Shown here one piece after another: positions 61,746-64,000 of a stretch of DNA of 64,000 nt (positions are counted from its first letter, which is position 1; each line of letters opens with the position of its first letter). Both the position numbers and the translations under genes were made by a program. The stretch spans positions 480,001 through 544,000 of the forward strand of contig OZ243956.1 of NCBI GenBank assembly GCA_965214405.1, read 5' to 3'. Under the pieces are notes generated by a model. The model did not search any database. It was not told the origin of the DNA and was given only the letters and a program-made list of their open reading frames with translations. The DNA comes from Trueperaceae bacterium. Lineage in GTDB: Bacteria; Deinococcota; Deinococci; Deinococcales; Trueperaceae.

Positions 61746-62637
61746 CTAAGGCACAGTTTTTATGACGAGCACCTGACCGATGTAAGAGCGCGGAAAGGCG
61801 TCGTCGCTCAGGATTTGCAACAAACCCAGCCAGGGTTCGCCGTCCGAGGTAAAGCCGTAGCGACGCCAGCCGACAGGGGTATCTGCTCCGCCGCTGTTTC
61901 CCCCACTACTGTCACGCGCCGTCCAGCCTGCTGCGAGAAGTTGCGCGTCGTAGAACTCGAGCAGCGCCTCCGCGCTCAGGTCGCTCTCTAGGTAGATGCT
62001 CGAGGAGCCGCTCATCTCCGCCGCCTAAATCGTTAAAGTAAGATGCCGTGGCTTCAGGCGGCGCCTCGAGGGCGGGTATAGGTGGTCCGTAGTAGCGGTC
62101 CCGTTCGTCTCGGTCACAAGGCGTGTAGCCCCTCGAGCTGGGGTCGCTGTAAAGCTGAACCGTCACCTGAGTGGGCTCGCCCTCTACAGGCGCGCTTATT
62201 GTGGACGCATAGTAAGGGTTGTTGAAGTACAAAAAGGTTGTGTCGCGGCAAAAGGTAGCCTCTTGTGAGGCCCCGGAGGGTAAAAAGCCCGCCGATGGCT
62301 CGTATATTTGCCCTTCCTCCCACCCGGCAGCGAGAAGCGCACGCCGGTAGAAGGAGACCGTTTCGTCGCTCGAGCCTTCGGTCTCGAGATAAACCGCCGC
62401 GTTATACGCTTCGCCCTCGCCGCTTAGGGTGCTGCCGACGACTCGAGCCCCCTCAGGCAGGGGAAGGTTAAACCCGAGCTCGTCCGCCGAAGGAAGCTCG
62501 CCCACATAAAGATTGGCATCCTGTCCACCCACGATACGCTCGACTAAATCCCACGGCACCGTCCCGTCCGTTTGCGCTCCCGCGATACCCAACAGAACAA
62601 AAACTGTCACCAAAAAACCACGCCGCCACATGTTCAT
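61746..62637 (-). pseudogene. Secreted two-repeat hypothetical protein split by a frameshift near 62016-62025
   Basis: ORF 61912-62637 (signal peptide) and ORF 61746-62015 share a repeat: VYLETEGSSDETVSFYRRALLAAGW versus IYLESDLSAEALLEFYDAQLLAAGW. Confidence 0.65.
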
Positions 62638-62720
62638 GACACTCCTTTTTATGTCTAAGGTTGTAGCGAGAAAAGTTTACCGCAACGGTTGAGAAGGAAC
62701 AACCCGAAACGTGTACAAGT

Positions 62721-63500
62721 TCAGCGCGGCTCGATGAGCGCGACTTCTAGCAGATTGGGGATGCTGACTGAGGGCTTTACTAAGAACTCGAGCCTCGAGC
62801 CAGCCGCGACCTTGGGCAAAACCTGCGTGACCCGGCCCACCTCGATGCCGCGCGGGAAGAGCCCGCCGCGGGCGCTCGTCTCGACGATGTCGCCAACTTC
62901 AACGGGCTGGTCCTCGCTGTAGCCTGTCACGCGGAGCACGCCCCCCGGTTCGCCCGCGGCGACGCCCTGACCGCCGCGACCGCGCACGCTCACGCCGACG
63001 CGCGACTCGGGGTCGAGCAGCGTGCGGACGCCCGCGCTGCCCTCCGCGACGCCCGTCACGACGCCGACTAGGCCCTGGGGCACGGTCACGGGCATGTCCT
63101 TGGCGACGCCCGCGGCGCGGCCCTTGCCGAGCACGAGGCGTGACAAAAGCGGGCTCGAGTCCGCGCCGACGACGGGGGCGGTGGTAACGACGCCCGGCGA
63201 CTGCGAGAGGCGCACCTCGCGGATTTGGGTGAGGGAGGCAAGCTCTAACTCCAACTGCCGCTTTTCCCCCTCCAGCTCGGCCACCCGTGTCTGAAGCGTC
63301 TCCACCTCCGCGCGAAAGTCGCGGCGGTCGGTCGCCTCGGTGACCACCCGCCGCAGGTTCGCGCCCGCCGTAAAAAAGACGCGGGTAGGGAGCGCCACGG
63401 CGCTGCTCAGCGAAAAAGGCGGCGCGCCCACAAAAGAGGTGAGTACGAAGGTGAGCACCGCCAGCACCAGAAAAACGGCCCAGGCCCGGAATCTAAACAA
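62721..63500 (-). CDS. mreC: Rod shape-determining protein MreC
   Basis: TM, coiled coil, GLVGVV, GDIVETS..GGLFPRGIEVG; downstream of maf. Start approximate. Confidence 0.88.
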   Translation of the reverse strand: MFRFRAWAVFLVLAVLTFVLTSFVGAPPFSLSSAVALPTRVFFTAGANLRRVVTEATDRRDFRAEVETLQTRVAELEGEKRQLELELASLTQIREVRLSQSPGVVTTAPVVGADSSPLLSRLVLGKGRAAGVAKDMPVTVPQGLVGVVTGVAEGSAGVRTLLDPESRVGVSVRGRGGQGVAAGEPGGVLRVTGYSEDQPVEVGDIVETSARGGLFPRGIEVGRVTQVLPKVAAGSRLEFLVKPSVSIPNLLEVALIEPR

Positions 63501-64000
63501 GGGGCACACCCAGACGTTTGGACATTTCGACGAGGTGGGCGACGCTGAGGCCGACGACGTTGAAGTAACTCCCGTGAACCTCCCACACCAGGGCCGCGCC
63601 AAACCCCTGGATGGCGTAGCCCCCCGCCTTGTCGAGGCCTTCGTTAGTGGCTATGTACCAGTCAATTTCTCTACGGTCTAGTGCGCGAAATACGACGGTG
63701 CTGGAGACAACTTCCGTCACGCGCGCCTCTCCCCTTTTGAGAACGTGACCCGTATGCACCTCGTGGGCGCGACCGGAGAGCTTTTCGATAAAGGTGCGGT
63801 TTTGTGCTTCGTCCACCGGTTTACCGAGCGTTTCGCCGTCCACCGTGACCACCGTGTCCGCGGCGATGAGAAGCGCGTCCGGCTGGGTGGCGTGTAGAAG
63901 AGACGCGACCGCGTCCGCCTTAGCCTCGCTCAGGCGGCGTACCATCTCCTGCGGCGTTTCACCGGGTCGGGGCGTTTCGTCTACGTCGGCGGGAAGAACC
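63493..64000 (-). CDS. maf: Maf-like nucleotide pyrophosphatase, 5'-truncated by the window edge
   Basis: AADTVV, LGKP, LSGRAHEV, DKAGGYAIQG and NVVGL motifs. Confidence 0.92.
   Translation of the reverse strand, partial: VLPADVDETPRPGETPQEMVRRLSEAKADAVASLLHATQPDALLIAADTVVTVDGETLGKPVDEAQNRTFIEKLSGRAHEVHTGHVLKRGEARVTEVVSSTVVFRALDRREIDWYIATNEGLDKAGGYAIQGFGAALVWEVHGSYFNVVGLSVAHLVEMSKRLGVPLV

Overview
GC-rich bacterial chromosome segment, most consistent with Deinococcota (Truepera-like; an inference from the RecJ/ArgS/Lon/MqnAE type and from many TANNNT boxes 5-7 nt upstream of start codons). Core and metabolic genes: recJ, argS, lon, mug, mqnA/mqnE, mreC, partial maf, a polyol catabolism trio, treZ-treY/glgX/GH15 and a GGDEF-EAL protein. 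The most notable region is 24.8-45.6 kb. It holds a SigK-like ECF sigma and a zinc-binding RskA-type anti-sigma whose extra C-terminal Ig-like domain is 50% identical to the Ig-like domain of a divergently transcribed 1138-aa lipoprotein with three propeller-like repeats, plus a stand-alone paralog of the repeat. Four exact GCATCCAA-N14-CGTT promoter-like motifs lie between the lipoprotein and sigma genes. A fifth (GCATCCAA-N14-CGTG) lies directly before a Pil-Chp-like chemosensory operon that contains an orphan Tat substrate-binding protein and a receiver-Roadblock fusion. Other observations: a complete IS with a 9-bp target duplication and a frameshifted transposase, two dispersed copies of an uncharacterised two-gene module whose upstream (toxin-like) gene is dead in both copies, a Type ISP restriction-modification remnant, and roughly ten-fold over-representation of the palindrome CTCGAG. 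No rRNA, tRNA or CRISPR array was recognised. All family calls come from motif recognition by eye, without database searches.
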